64,000 nucleotides of DNA from an uncultured Candidatus Rokubacteria bacterium (lineage in GTDB: Bacteria > Methylomirabilota > Methylomirabilia > Rokubacteriales > CSP1-6): positions 480,001 to 544,000 of the forward strand of contig CAVVEU010000008.1 in assembly GCA_963747235.1 (NCBI GenBank), read 5' to 3'. Shown piece by piece: positions 10,692 through 21,035 of this stretch. Position numbers and translations under genes: made by a program. Each line of letters begins with the position of its first letter. Within the stretch, counting starts at the first letter, position 1. The notes beneath the pieces were generated by a model, which saw nothing but the letters and a program-made list of their open reading frames with translations, was not told the origin of the DNA and ran no database searches.

Positions 10692-12877
10692 CGACGCGCG
10701 CGGAAGCGGTCCAGGACATTGCGCAGGATGCGGGAGACATTGTTGTCGTAGCGGTTGTGCGACAGGCTGCCGCAGAAGGTGATGGAGCCCACCGCGAAGA
10801 CCGCGCCGCCGCCGGGCAGCTCGGCATAGGTCATGTCGGCCCGCAGGAGCCGGGCGGGCTTCTCGCCGGTGACCGTCGCCAGGTGCGAGAGCAGCTCCTC
10901 GGGCACCACGATGAAGCTCGGGCCGTGGCCCTCGGAGCTGGCCACCACGATGGCGCCCGCGGGCGTGCCGAGCGCGGGGTCCGCGCGGTCGAGCTCGAAG
11001 CCGGCCGCGCCGCCGCCCGAGAGGCCGAAGTCGCCGATCACCGCGTCCGTGACGCCGTCGAGGATCCAGGCCGCCTTCGGATCGTCCGCGCCGGGCTGGC
11101 GGCGATAGTACGAGCCCTCGAAGAGCCCTTGCCCGGAGAAGCCCACCGCGCCGATCCGCTGCGGCGGGCGCCCGTTGCGGCGCCAGAGGCCGCCGTAGGC
11201 GCCGTCGAGCGCGTGATAGTACTCGCCGGTCTGGGCGTCCCACGCCCGGATGCCGCCCTCGGCGCGCCGCACCTCGATGACGCCGGGCACCGCCGGGCTG
11301 GTGGCGATGCGCCAGTAGAAGCCGTTGCCGCCCAGGTAGACCAGCTTGCCGCCGCCGTCGAGATAGCCCTGGTGGGCGTCGAGCGTGCGCGCGGTGTGGT
11401 ACTCGGGGTGCGAGCCGGTGAGCACGGTCGCGTACGGCGCGAGCAGCGCCGCGCCCTCGGCCTCCACGTCCTCGTCGGTGACGACGTCGTACCGGATGCC
11501 CTGCATCTCGAGCCAGTCGAGCAGGTGGGTGTCCGCCGAGTAGTGGCGCAGGCCCGAGCCGCGCGCGTCGAAGAACGTGAGATAGCGGGGCCGGAACGTC
11601 AGCACGGGGCGCAGGCGCGACGAGTAGCAGATGCCGCTGCCGTCCCGGTGCCGGTTGTACGTGGACCAGCCGTAGTCGGGATGGCTGTCCGGGGTGTGGG
11701 GCGTGGCGCCCCACGCGGCGACCCGCTCGCGGTACGCGGCGTCCGTCGAGCCCCGCGCATGATTCGCGTAGGCCTGGTAGGTGTAGGTGGACGCGATGTA
11801 GAGGACGTCCGCGCTCGGGCGGCCGAGCGGCGGCCGCACGTAGAACGGCAGGTCGTCGGCGTGGCCCTCAGCGGAGAGGCGCATCAGGTAGGCGCCGCTC
11901 GGCAGGTCGTCCGGCACCGTGAGCTCGAAGTCGGTGGCCCATCCCGCGTCGTGGACGTCGTCGTCGTGGAAGTGGATGGCCGCGTACTCGCGCGGGGCGT
12001 GGCGCCAGCACATCTCGCGGCCCGTCCAGCGCGCCCCGGTGACCGCGCGCGTGGGCAGGTTCACGAGCCGCCCGCCGAGGCGATGCGGGCCCACGTCGGC
12101 GACGTCGAGCCCGTCGATGCCCCGGGAGAAATCCCAGCCCGCGATCAGATCCGCGGGCGGGAGCAGGGGATCGAGGACCAGCGTCTCCGGCGCGGCCGTC
12201 GCCGCGGCGAGCAGCAGCGGGTCCTCGATCTTGCCGTTGTAGTGCTCGCGCGCCTCGGGCGCGAGCCGCGCGCCGATCAGCAGCGGCGCCGCCGTGTCGA
12301 GCCGGGCCGCCGGCGGCAGCGGCGCCGACGCTTCCTCCCGGCCGCCGCCGGTGAGCGGAGCGTGGCCGACGCGCAGCGTGCCCGCGGCCGGATCGGCCAC
12401 GAGCCAGATCCGCTGCCACTGCCGCAGCGGAAGCGCCTGGCGGGTGGTCACGGTGATCGGCGCGCCGCCCGGCGCGCCGACGCGCGCGGTCACACCGCCG
12501 GGCCCGAGCGACAGGGCCCAGCCCGCCCGTCCGGTCTCGTCCCAGCGCGAGATCACGCACTGCTCGCGCCGGGCCGCGTAGGTCGGCCAGACCAGGGCGG
12601 TCACGGTGAGTGGCCCCGGCGTGCGCAGGGCCGCCGCCCCATCCACGCGCACGTAGGAGCCCTGGGCGAGCGGCTGGACGCGGGAGGGGCGCTCGATCGA
12701 GAACCGCGCGGCGAGATCCTCGATCTTCACGCCGGGCCCGGCCGGGTTCGGATCGGCGTGGATGACGCGCGCGAGGCTGGCGCGGTACGGCCCCGCCGCC
12801 GCGCTCGAGACCTTGAAGGCGATGCGCTCGCCGGGCGCGGCGGAGAGCCGGTCGCTATAGCCGGTGAGCGGGATCAC
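10688..12877 (-). CDS. N,N-dimethylformamidase beta (large) subunit family protein with N-terminal LamG-like domain
   Basis: [52 protein letters not shown] and [11 protein letters not shown]; 729 aa. Confidence 0.88.
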   Translation of the reverse strand: MIPLTGYSDRLSAAPGERIAFKVSSAAAGPYRASLARVIHADPNPAGPGVKIEDLAARFSIERPSRVQPLAQGSYVRVDGAAALRTPGPLTVTALVWPTYAARREQCVISRWDETGRAGWALSLGPGGVTARVGAPGGAPITVTTRQALPLRQWQRIWLVADPAAGTLRVGHAPLTGGGREEASAPLPPAARLDTAAPLLIGARLAPEAREHYNGKIEDPLLLAAATAAPETLVLDPLLPPADLIAGWDFSRGIDGLDVADVGPHRLGGRLVNLPTRAVTGARWTGREMCWRHAPREYAAIHFHDDDVHDAGWATDFELTVPDDLPSGAYLMRLSAEGHADDLPFYVRPPLGRPSADVLYIASTYTYQAYANHARGSTDAAYRERVAAWGATPHTPDSHPDYGWSTYNRHRDGSGICYSSRLRPVLTFRPRYLTFFDARGSGLRHYSADTHLLDWLEMQGIRYDVVTDEDVEAEGAALLAPYATVLTGSHPEYHTARTLDAHQGYLDGGGKLVYLGGNGFYWRIATSPAVPGVIEVRRAEGGIRAWDAQTGEYYHALDGAYGGLWRRNGRPPQRIGAVGFSGQGLFEGSYYRRQPGADDPKAAWILDGVTDAVIGDFGLSGGGAAGFELDRADPALGTPAGAIVVASSEGHGPSFIVVPEELLSHLATVTGEKPARLLRADMTYAELPGGGAVFAVGSITFCGSLSHNRYDNNVSRILRNVLDRFRARR

Positions 12878-14226
12878 TTACGCGAGGAACTGCTCGCACA
12901 CCTCGAGCCAGGCCTGGGTGGTCAGGGCCAGGGATTCGACGTCGATGCGCTCGTCGTTGCCGTGGAAGCGGCCGGACATCGCCTCCGCGGTCAGCGTGCG
13001 CGAGAAGAGCCCGAAGCCGTAGGCCACCGCGCCCTTCTCGCGGAAGTAGGGCGCGTCGGTGAAGCCCGACGATCATCTTGGGCAGGAGCTTCGCGCCCGG
13101 GTAGTGCGCGTCCACCACGCGGCCCAGCACGTGCCAGAGCGGGGTCCCGGTGGGCGACATGGACGCGGGCTTGGAGAAGAGCTTCTCGACCTCGATCTCC
13201 TCGGCCAGGCCGCCCAGGGCCTTGTCCAGATGCCGGCGCACCTCGTCCTCGTTGTCGCCGGGGACGGTGCGGATGTCCACCTCGACGTCCACCGCGTCCG
13301 GGATCACGTTGGTCTTCACGCCGCCGTGGCAGACATTCGGCGAGAACGTGGTGTGGGTGGCCGACCACGAGAGCTTGGCGAGGGCGGGCGCGAGGCCTTC
13401 GATCGCCTCGTCCACGCGCGAGGGATCGGCGAGGGCTTCCTTCACCGCGGGGTCGAGGTGGAGCGTGTCCACGAAGGCCCGCCACAGCTCGTCGACATAG
13501 GGCGAGGGCCGGTAGTCGGCCAGGCGGCTCACCACCTGCGCGGCCTTGACCAGGGCATTGTTCGCGCCGTAGGGCATCGAGCCGTGGCCGGGCGTGCCCT
13601 TGACGCGCAGGCGGCGCCAGGCCACGCCCTTCTCGCCCACGTGCACGGTGACGTTGAGCTCGTCGCCCTTGGCTCCCGCGGCTCACGGTGCCGCCGTTCT
13701 CGGTCAGGCAGTAGTCCGCCTTGAGCGCGTCCCAGTGCCGCTCGACCACGTGCCCGGCGCCGAGGGTGCCGCCGGCCTCCTCGTCCGCGCAGGCCAGGTA
13801 GACCAGCGTGCCGCGCGGCCGCCAGCCGCGGCCGGCCAGCGTCTTGAGCGCGACGGCCTGCGAGGCGGTGAGGTTCAGCATGTCCACCGCGCCGCGGCCC
13901 CACACCTCGCCGTTGACGAGCTCGCCGCCGAAGGGATCGCGCGTCCAGGTCTTGGGGTTCACCGGCACCACGTCGGTGTGGCCCATGAGGCACAGCGTGG
14001 GCGCCTTCGGGTCGCTGCCCTCGATGCGGGCCACCAGGCTCGCGCGCCCCGGGGCGTGCGCGGGCTCGTAGACCTCGAGGTCGAGGCCGCTGCCCTCGAA
14101 ATAGCTGCGCAGCGTGTCGCTGTTGCGGGTCTCCTGGCCGGAGAGCAGGGTGCCGTCGTTCACGCACTGGTTGCGGATCATCTGCTGCAGCAGCTCCACC
14201 GTCTGTCCGGTCAGGGCATCGCTCAT
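12878..14226 (-). CDS. M20/M25/M40 metallopeptidase, frameshifted near 13675 and 13065
   Basis: LMGHTDVVP, WGRGAVDM, ADEEAGG, GEKG, PGHGSMP, KTNVIP, GFTDA, FHGNDERID. Confidence 0.88.
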
Positions 14227-14237
14227 GGATCGGTATC

Positions 14238-15077
14238 CTAGCCAGCGGGCGCGGTCTTGTCGAGGGGCCGCTCGAAGACCGCCTGGATCGAGACGAGGCG
14301 GTCCTCGTCGCGGTTGCGATGGCCCACGCGGATGATCTCGTCGATGGCGTCGCCCATCACGAGGCGCTGGATGCTGTGCGCGGGAATGCTGGCCGCGGTC
14401 GGCGGGCCCGCGGTCTCCGCGGTCACGTCGTCCCACGCGCGGAGGCGGAAGCCGGCGCCCTCGATCACCGCCTGCATCTCGGCCGGCGTGCGCAGGAAGG
14501 TCGTGGAGGCATCGCGCGCCCACATCACCGGGTAGAGCAGGGGCTCGACCGGGCCGGCCATCGGCTCCTGCAGCGCCAGGAGGCCGCCGGGCCGCAGCAC
14601 CCGGTGGAAGCCCGCGTAGAGGCGCTCCTTGTCCGCGATGCTCATGCCGCTGTTCTGCGTCCACACGAGATCGAAGGTCTCGTCGGGGAAGGGCAGGGCC
14701 AGCGCGTTGCCGATGTGATGGCTCACCCGATCGTCGAGGCGCATCCGCGTGGTCAGCGCCTGCGCGGCGCGCACGTAGGAGGCGGTCAGGTCCACGGTCG
14801 TGACGAGGCAGCCGAACTCCACCGCCAGCGTGCGGGCCGGGCCGCCGAATCCGCCGCCGACGTCGAGCACCTGCATGCCGGGCGCGGCCCCGGCGAGGCG
14901 CGCGAGCCGGTCGGTGGCGGGCTTGCCGCCCCCGTGGAACTGGTCCACCGGCGCCACGGTGTCGGGCGTGAGCGCGTCGAGATCGGCGCCCCGCGCGGTG
15001 AGGGCGGCCAGGATGGCCTCCGCGAGGTTCTCGCGGCCCCAGTAGGTGTCGATCGTCCGCGGGTCGAGCTCGGGCAT
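14238..15077 (-). CDS. Class I SAM-dependent methyltransferase (sarcosine/dimethylglycine MTase-like)
   Basis: DQFHGGG, VLDVGGGFGGPAR, LPFPDETFD, RVLRPGG. Confidence 0.85.
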   Translation of the reverse strand: MPELDPRTIDTYWGRENLAEAILAALTARGADLDALTPDTVAPVDQFHGGGKPATDRLARLAGAAPGMQVLDVGGGFGGPARTLAVEFGCLVTTVDLTASYVRAAQALTTRMRLDDRVSHHIGNALALPFPDETFDLVWTQNSGMSIADKERLYAGFHRVLRPGGLLALQEPMAGPVEPLLYPVMWARDASTTFLRTPAEMQAVIEGAGFRLRAWDDVTAETAGPPTAASIPAHSIQRLVMGDAIDEIIRVGHRNRDEDRLVSIQAVFERPLDKTAPAG

Positions 15078-15078
15078 G

Positions 15079-15915
15079 TCAGGAGGCGAGCGTGGCCATG
15101 CGGTCGAGGAAGGGCAGCGCGTCGTCGAGACGGCGCGGCGCGACCATGGTGACGCGCGCCACGCCCAGGTCCTCCATGCGCCTCACCGCGTCGGGCGTGG
15201 GCGGCTTGAAGGCGAAGACCGAGACGGCGAGCTCGTCCGGCCGGCGGCCCGCGGCCTGGGCCTTCTGCCGGAGATCGGCGATGGCGGCGGGGAGATCGTC
15301 CAGCAGCACGTCGATCGGGATCCAGCCGTCGCAGTACTCCACCACGCGCGCGCGGCCCTGGGCGGTGGCCCCGCCGAACAGGATCGGCGGATGCGGCGTC
15401 TGGACGGGCTTGGGGAACGAGATCGCGCGGTCGAAGTTGACGAACTCGCCGTGAAACGACGCCTCCTCCTGCGTCCAGAGCGCCTTCATGGCCAGCACGC
15501 GCTCGCGCAGGACGCGCCACCGCGCGGCGAACGGCGTGCCGTGATGCTCCATCTCCTCGCGGTTCCAGCCGCCGCCGATGCCGAAGAGCACGCGGCCGCG
15601 GGAGAGCCAGTCGAGCGTGGCGACCGCCTTGGCCAGCACGATGGGGTCGTGCTCGACCACGAGGCAGATGCCGGTGCCGAGCTTGATCGTCCGCGTCGCG
15701 GCCGCGGCGGCCATCAGCGAGACGAACGGATCGGCCATGTGGTAGTACGGCTTGGGCAGCGGCTCGCCGCCCGGGTAGGGCGTCTGCCGGGCGGCCGGGA
15801 TGTGGGTGTGCTCGCCCACCCAGAAGGACTCGAACCCGCGGTCCTCCGCGGCGCGGGCCAGCTCGTCCGGCCGCGCGCCGTACTCCACGTTGTAGCTGAA
15901 GACGCCGAGGTGCAT
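15079..15915 (-). CDS. LLM-class (probably F420-dependent) oxidoreductase
   Basis: GFESFWVGEHTHIP, DPFVSL, LGTGICL, GIGGGWNREE, PKPVQ. Confidence 0.88.
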   Translation of the reverse strand: MHLGVFSYNVEYGARPDELARAAEDRGFESFWVGEHTHIPAARQTPYPGGEPLPKPYYHMADPFVSLMAAAAATRTIKLGTGICLVVEHDPIVLAKAVATLDWLSRGRVLFGIGGGWNREEMEHHGTPFAARWRVLRERVLAMKALWTQEEASFHGEFVNFDRAISFPKPVQTPHPPILFGGATAQGRARVVEYCDGWIPIDVLLDDLPAAIADLRQKAQAAGRRPDELAVSVFAFKPPTPDAVRRMEDLGVARVTMVAPRRLDDALPFLDRMATLAS

Positions 15916-15934
15916 CGCCGGCTCCCGGCCGCGC

Positions 15935-16945
15935 CTACCGGCCCCGCCGCACGCGCCCGGGCGCGTAGACCTCGGGGTTGACCACGTTGATCGGGCGCTC
16001 CTTCAGCAGCAGGCGGGCGATCTCCTCGCCGCAGCGCTTCGGCACCTGGGCCACCGCGGGAGAGGAGAAGTAGGCCGCGTGCGGCGTGAGGATCACGTTG
16101 TCCATGCGGCGGAGCGGGCTGTCCGCGGCGAGCGGCTCCTCCTCGAAGACGTCGAGCGCCGCGCCGGCCAGCTTGCCCTCCTGCAGCGCGCGGACGAGGG
16201 CGCCCTCGTCCACCACCGGCCCGCGCGAGGTATTGACGAGGCACGCGGTGGGCTTCATGCGGCGGAAGAAGGCCTCGTTGATCAGGCCGCGCGTCTCCGC
16301 GTTCAGCAGCGCGTGGACCGAGACGTAGTCCGCCCGCGCGGCCAGCGTGGGCAGGTCCACGCGCTCGACGCCGAGCGTCTTGAAGCGGGCGTCGTCCACG
16401 TAGGGGTCGCAGGCGATCACGCGCGTCTCGAGCGCGGCGATCCGGCGGGCGAAGGCGCTGCCGATATTGCCGAGCCCGACGATGCCCACCGTCTCGCCGT
16501 GGAGCGAGCCGGTGACCGCGCCCGGGACCCGCGAGCTCCACGTGCCGGCGTGCACCTCGCGGTCGAGGGTGACGATCTTGCGGTTCCAGGCCAGCAGCAG
16601 CGCGAGGGCGTGGTTGGCGACCTCGCGGATCCAGATGTCGGGCACGTTGATCACCACCACGCCCAGCTCCGTCGCGGCGGGCACGTCGATGACGTCGTAG
16701 CCCACGCCGGTGCGCATGACCGCCTTGACGCCCTCGAGCGCCTCCATCACGCGGCGGGTGACCGGCGAGGACGAGATGATGAGCGCGTCGGCGTCGCGGG
16801 TGCGCGCGATCACCTCGTCGGCGTCGCCGATGAAGGGCAGCGAGATCATCTGGGCGGGCACGCGATCGAGCGCGGTCTGGCAGTCGGCGTAGTCGCGCTC
16901 GCCGCGGCCCTGGATGACGTACACCTTGAACGGTCGGTCGGCCAC
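15935..16945 (-). CDS. D-2-hydroxyacid dehydrogenase (CtBP-like)
   Basis: RTGVGYDVID, GIVGLGNIG, VNTSRGPVVDE, LDVFEEEP, LTPHAAY; GTG 16945 preceded by GGAGAG. Confidence 0.88.
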   Translation of the reverse strand: MADRPFKVYVIQGRGERDYADCQTALDRVPAQMISLPFIGDADEVIARTRDADALIISSSPVTRRVMEALEGVKAVMRTGVGYDVIDVPAATELGVVVINVPDIWIREVANHALALLLAWNRKIVTLDREVHAGTWSSRVPGAVTGSLHGETVGIVGLGNIGSAFARRIAALETRVIACDPYVDDARFKTLGVERVDLPTLAARADYVSVHALLNAETRGLINEAFFRRMKPTACLVNTSRGPVVDEGALVRALQEGKLAGAALDVFEEEPLAADSPLRRMDNVILTPHAAYFSSPAVAQVPKRCGEEIARLLLKERPINVVNPEVYAPGRVRRGR

Positions 16946-16983
16946 TGGTCTCTCCGTCGGAATGGGGTGTCGGTCAGAATCGG

Positions 16984-17746
16984 TCAGAATTGGCCGTGGC
17001 GGCCGGCGCCGGCCGCGAAGCGCCGCGCGCCCGCCTGGCTCTCGCCGGTGTCGTGCGTGGCCTTGCCCAGCCTGAACTCGTTGGCCATGGCGGCGGGCAG
17101 GGGCAGGCCCGCGCTCTCCCACGCGGAGCGCCGGTCGCTGCGCACGCAGTGCGGCGGGAAGGCCGCGATGTCCCGCGCCAGCGCTTCCGCCTCGTCGCGG
17201 GCCCGGCCGGCCGGGACCACGCGATTGGCGAGCCCGAAGCCGAGGGCCTCCCGGGCGTCCACCGGGCGGCCGGTCAGGATCATGTCGAGCGCGCGCGACA
17301 GGCCGATCAGCTGGCGGCAGTCTGACCGTGCCGCCGTCGAGCAGGGGCACGCCCCAGCGCCGGCAGAAGACCCCGAAGATCGCGGTGTCGCCGGCCACGC
17401 GCAGATCGCACATCAGCGAGAGCTCGAGCCCGCCCGCCACCGCGTGGCCCTCGACGGCGGCGATCGTCGGCTTCGTGAAGGCCATCCGGGTCGGGCCCAT
17501 GGGTCCCGGGCCCTCCGGCGACAGGGTCAACCCGTTCCCGGTCCCCCGCGCCTTGAGATCCGCGCCCGCGCAGAAGGTGCCGCCCGCGCCCCAGAGCACG
17601 GCGACCCGCAGGGCCTCGTCCCGCTCGAACTCCTCGAAGGCCTCGATCAGGGCCCGCGCCGCGGGCCCGTCCACCGCGTTCCGGGCCTCGGGGCGATCCA
17701 TGACGATCGTCGCCACCATGTCGCTTCGCTCGATCCGAATGGCCAT
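16984..17746 (-). CDS. Enoyl-CoA hydratase/crotonase, frameshifted near 17315
   Basis: FCAGADL, AVEGHAVAGGLEL, RRWGVPLLDGG, then MILTGRPVDAREA...GAGRHG. Confidence 0.88.
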
Positions 17747-17869
17747 TGGGTCTCCTCGTGCCGGTCGCGGCCCCGGACGAATCTACCACTTCACCTGGGC
17801 CTCTTTCACAACGGCTCCCGGCCGGGGTCTCACGCGAAAGAAGCGAGACCCATCACCCGGGAGGAAGCC

Positions 17870-18319
17870 ATGAGCGAGAAGGCCACGATGTTGCGGGACG
17901 CGGACCTGGCGTTCGGGGAGCTGCGGGGAGCGATCGACGGGCTGACCGACGAGGACATGCGCCGGGTCTGGCTCGGCACCTGGGGCGTGCGCGAGATCCT
18001 GATCCACATCTCGGGCTGGCACGACGAGATGGCCACCGCGCTCGGCCGGGTCGCGAAGGGGGATGCGCCGTACCCGAAGGGGACGTACGATGACTTCGAT
18101 GCGTGGAACGCGCGATTCGTGGACCAGAAGGCGGGCGTGAAGAGCGCCGACGTGGTGGCCGAGGTGGAGACCTCGCACCGCAAGCTGCTGGCCGCGGCCG
18201 CCGCGCTGCCGGAGGCGCTCTTCGCCGCGGACGGCGCCGCGCGGGGCCCGTTCGACGGGGCCGGCGCCGGGCACTACCGCGAGCACACGGAGCAGATCCG
18301 TCAATGGCGACAGGGCTAG
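17870..18319 (+). CDS. DinB/ClbS-DfsB-like four-helix-bundle protein
   Basis: WGVREILIHISGW...DAWNA...GHYREH; GGAGG RBS. Confidence 0.75.
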   Translation: MSEKATMLRDADLAFGELRGAIDGLTDEDMRRVWLGTWGVREILIHISGWHDEMATALGRVAKGDAPYPKGTYDDFDAWNARFVDQKAGVKSADVVAEVETSHRKLLAAAAALPEALFAADGAARGPFDGAGAGHYREHTEQIRQWRQG

Positions 18320-18890
18320 CAACCGGCTTCGCGCTCTTCGACACCGCGATCGGCGCGTGCGGGATCGCGTGGAACGGGCGCGGGATCGCGGGCGTGCAGC
18401 TTCCGGAAGGGAGTCCGCCCGAGACGCGGGCCCGGCTGCGGCGGCGCTTCCCGGAGGCGCGCGAGGCGCCGCCGCCCGCGCCGGTGCGGCGGGCCATCGA
18501 CGGCGTGATCGCGCTGCTCCGGGGTGAGCCGTGCGAGCTCGACACCGTGACGCTCGACATGGACGGGGTGCCGCCGTTTCATCGGCGGGTGTACGAAGTC
18601 GCGCGCACGATCCCGCCCGGCACGACGCTGTCCTACGGGGAGATCGCGGCCCGCATGGGCGAGCCGGGCGCCGCGCGCGACGTGGGGCAGGCGCTGGGCC
18701 AGAACCCGTTCGCGATCATCGTGCCGTGCCATCGCGTGCTCGCCGCCAATGGCAAGGTCGGCGGCTTCTCCGCGCGCGGGCGGGGTCAGGACCAAGCTCC
18801 GGCTGATCTCGAGCGAGCGGGCCGGGGGACACGGCGCATTGCCCCTCTTCGGGGGCGGCCACGGACGACCGGCCCCCGTCGCGCTAGGCC
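18304..18890 (+). CDS. ogt: Methylated-DNA--protein-cysteine methyltransferase, frameshifted near 18780 (3' end approximate)
   Basis: IPPGTTLSYGEIA...GAARDVGQALGQNPFAIIVPCHRV active-site motif. Confidence 0.88.
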
Positions 18891-18911
18891 GTCGCGTGCT
18901 AGACTCCCGCC

Positions 18912-19781
18912 GTGCACATCGGCGTGGTGTTCCCGCAGGTCGAGATCGGAGTGGATCCGGGCGCGATCCGTGACTACGCCCAGGCGGTCGAGGCGATGGG
19001 CTACACGCACATCCTCACCTTCGACCACGTGCTGGGCGCGAACCCCGAGCGGCCCGGCGGCTGGAAGGGCCCGTACACCTACCGCCACGCCTTCCACGAG
19101 CCCTTCGTGCTCTTCGGGTTCCTCGCCGCGGCCACCCGCCGCGTGGAGCTGGTCACCGGGATCCTGATCCTGCCCCAGCGGCAGACCGCGCTCGTGGCGA
19201 AGCAGGCCGCCGCGGTGGACGTGCTCTCGGGCGGGCGGCTGCGCCTGGGGGTCGGGGTCGGCTGGAACGCGGTGGAGTTCGAGGCCCTCGGCGAGCGCTT
19301 CACGAATCGCGGGGCGCGCATCGAGGAGCAGATCGCGGTGCTGCGCGCGCTCTGGGCCCGCGACCTGGTGACCATCGAGGGCCAGTGGCACCGGGTCACC
19401 GACGCGGGCCTCAATCCCTTGCCGCCGCGGCCGACGATCCCGATCTGGATGGGCGGCGAGAGCGAGCCCGTCGTGCGCCGCGCGGCGCGGCTGGCGGACG
19501 GGTGGATGCCCCATTTCCGCCCGGGGCCCCCGGCGCAGGCCATCGTGGATCGGCTGCACGGCCTGATCCGGGAGGCCGGACGCGACCCCGCGGCGTTCGG
19601 GATCGAGGGGCGCATGACGCTGGCGCAGGTGCCCCCCGACCAGCGGCCGGCCGAGCTCGCGGCATGGCGCGCGATGCGAGGAATCACGCATCTTTGCGTC
19701 CACACGGTGGGACTGGGCTTGAAGACGCCGGCCGAGCACGTGCAGGCCCTCGAGCGCTTCAAGAAGGACCTGCTGACCTAG
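18912..19781 (+). CDS. LLM-class (probably F420-dependent) oxidoreductase
   Basis: FDHVLG, FHEPFVL, LPQRQTALVAKQAA, GVGVGWN. Confidence 0.88.
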   Translation: MHIGVVFPQVEIGVDPGAIRDYAQAVEAMGYTHILTFDHVLGANPERPGGWKGPYTYRHAFHEPFVLFGFLAAATRRVELVTGILILPQRQTALVAKQAAAVDVLSGGRLRLGVGVGWNAVEFEALGERFTNRGARIEEQIAVLRALWARDLVTIEGQWHRVTDAGLNPLPPRPTIPIWMGGESEPVVRRAARLADGWMPHFRPGPPAQAIVDRLHGLIREAGRDPAAFGIEGRMTLAQVPPDQRPAELAAWRAMRGITHLCVHTVGLGLKTPAEHVQALERFKKDLLT

Positions 19782-19788
19782 GGTCCCG

Positions 19789-20421
19789 ATGCGGGGGGTC
19801 GAGCAGATCCCGTGGCTCTACGACGCGCTCTGCGCCCTGTGCGAAGCCACGGGCCTCGCCCGCTGGCGGAGCTGGCTCGTGGCCGGCGCGCGCGGCCGCG
19901 TGCTCGACCTGGGCTGCGGCACCGGGCGTAACCTGCCGCTCCTGCCGGCGGGTACGCATGCCGTGGGCCTGGAGCCGTCGTGGGAGGCGCTCCAGCGTGC
20001 CCGTCGTCGCGCCCCGCGGGTGCCACTGGTGGTCGGAAGCGCGGAGGCCCTCCCGTTCCGCGACGCGGCCTTCGACACGGTCCTGAGCGGCCTCGTCTTC
20101 TGCAGCGTCCCCGATCCACGCCAGGGTTTGCGTGAGGTCCGGCGTGTGCTGCGGCCGGACGGCCAGCTCCGGATGCTCGAGCACGTGCGCGCGACGCGGG
20201 CGTGGAAGGCGCGGCTCCAGGACCTCCTGCAGCCGGCCTGGACGCGGATCACCGGCGGCTGCCATCCGAACCGCGAGACCGAGCGGGCGGTCGAGGCGGG
20301 CGGCTTCCGGATCGATGCCGAGAGTCGGCGGGCGAAGGGCGACATGCGCCGGTTCTCGGCGCGGCCGATTATCGTAGACCGCCACGGGGCGGGGAACCAC
20401 CGGGCCGGTCCCGGGGTTTAG
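19789..20421 (+). CDS. Class I SAM-dependent methyltransferase
   Basis: VLDLGCGTG, AEALPF, LVFCSVPD, RVLRPDG, GGCHPNR. Confidence 0.88.
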   Translation: MRGVEQIPWLYDALCALCEATGLARWRSWLVAGARGRVLDLGCGTGRNLPLLPAGTHAVGLEPSWEALQRARRRAPRVPLVVGSAEALPFRDAAFDTVLSGLVFCSVPDPRQGLREVRRVLRPDGQLRMLEHVRATRAWKARLQDLLQPAWTRITGGCHPNRETERAVEAGGFRIDAESRRAKGDMRRFSARPIIVDRHGAGNHRAGPGV

Positions 20422-20471
20422 TGCCAGACGTACTCCTTGATCCATCACCGTCACCCACCGAGGAGGAAAGC

Positions 20472-20970
20472 ATGACGAGACAACGACTGCTGTCCCTGGC
20501 CATCGGCACGGCACTGGTCTTCACGGCCGCCACCGCGGGCGCGCAGGCGCCGGCGCCACCGCCGGCCTACGGCCCCGGCATCACGCTCGATCAGGCGAAG
20601 AAGGCGATGGCGGGCGCGGAGGCGGAGGCCAAGAAGAACAACTGGCCGGTGGTGATCACCATTCTCGATTCCGGCGGCAACGCTCGTGATGTCCAGCGCC
20701 TGGACGGCGCCCAGTTCGGCAGCGTCGAGGTGTCACGCGACAAGGCGTACTCCGCGGTGGCGTTCCGCCGGCCCACGAAGGCCTTCGAGGACGGGCTCGC
20801 TCAGGGAGGCGCCAATCTGAGGCTGCTCAATCTGACGGGGCGCAAGCCTGCTTGACGGCGGGTGGCCGATCGTCATGGACGGCAAGATCGTCGGGGGAAT
20901 CGGCGTGTCGGGCGTGACCGGGGCGCAGGACGCTCAGATCGGAAAGGCGGGCGTCGACGCCCTGAAGTAG
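20472..20970 (+). CDS. Secreted GlcG/HbpS heme-binding protein, frameshifted near 20840
   Basis: Signal peptide, ITLDQAK, ILDSGG, DKAYSA, then GGxPIVMDGKIVGGIGVSG...QDAQI. Confidence 0.82.
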
Positions 20971-20992
20971 CTTCTCAGCTGTTTCGTGCTCA

Positions 20993-21035
20993 CCCCTCAC
21001 CCTGCCCTCTCCCCATCGGGGAGAGGGTGGGGAGG
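20993..21035. repeat. REP-like palindromic element between convergent genes (possible bidirectional terminator)
   Basis: CCCTCACCCTG-CCCTCTCCCC-ATC-GGGGAGAGGG: perfect 10-bp stem at 21005-21027. Confidence 0.65.

Noticed and set aside
16971-16990. Tandem 10-mer CGGTCAGAAT x2 at the crotonase stop
   Set aside because: Only two copies with no spacers or cas genes, so it is not a CRISPR or a mobile-element signature.
15935-17746. Apparent crotonase / 2-hydroxyacid dehydrogenase fusion (603 aa)
   Set aside because: A frameshift near 17315 causes read-through. The true crotonase C-terminus is in another frame and stops at 16984.
20853-20855. TGA ending the GlcG-like ORF as a second selenocysteine codon
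   Set aside because: It follows an extra G. Removing one base restores LTGASLLDGG, and there is no redox motif or hairpin.
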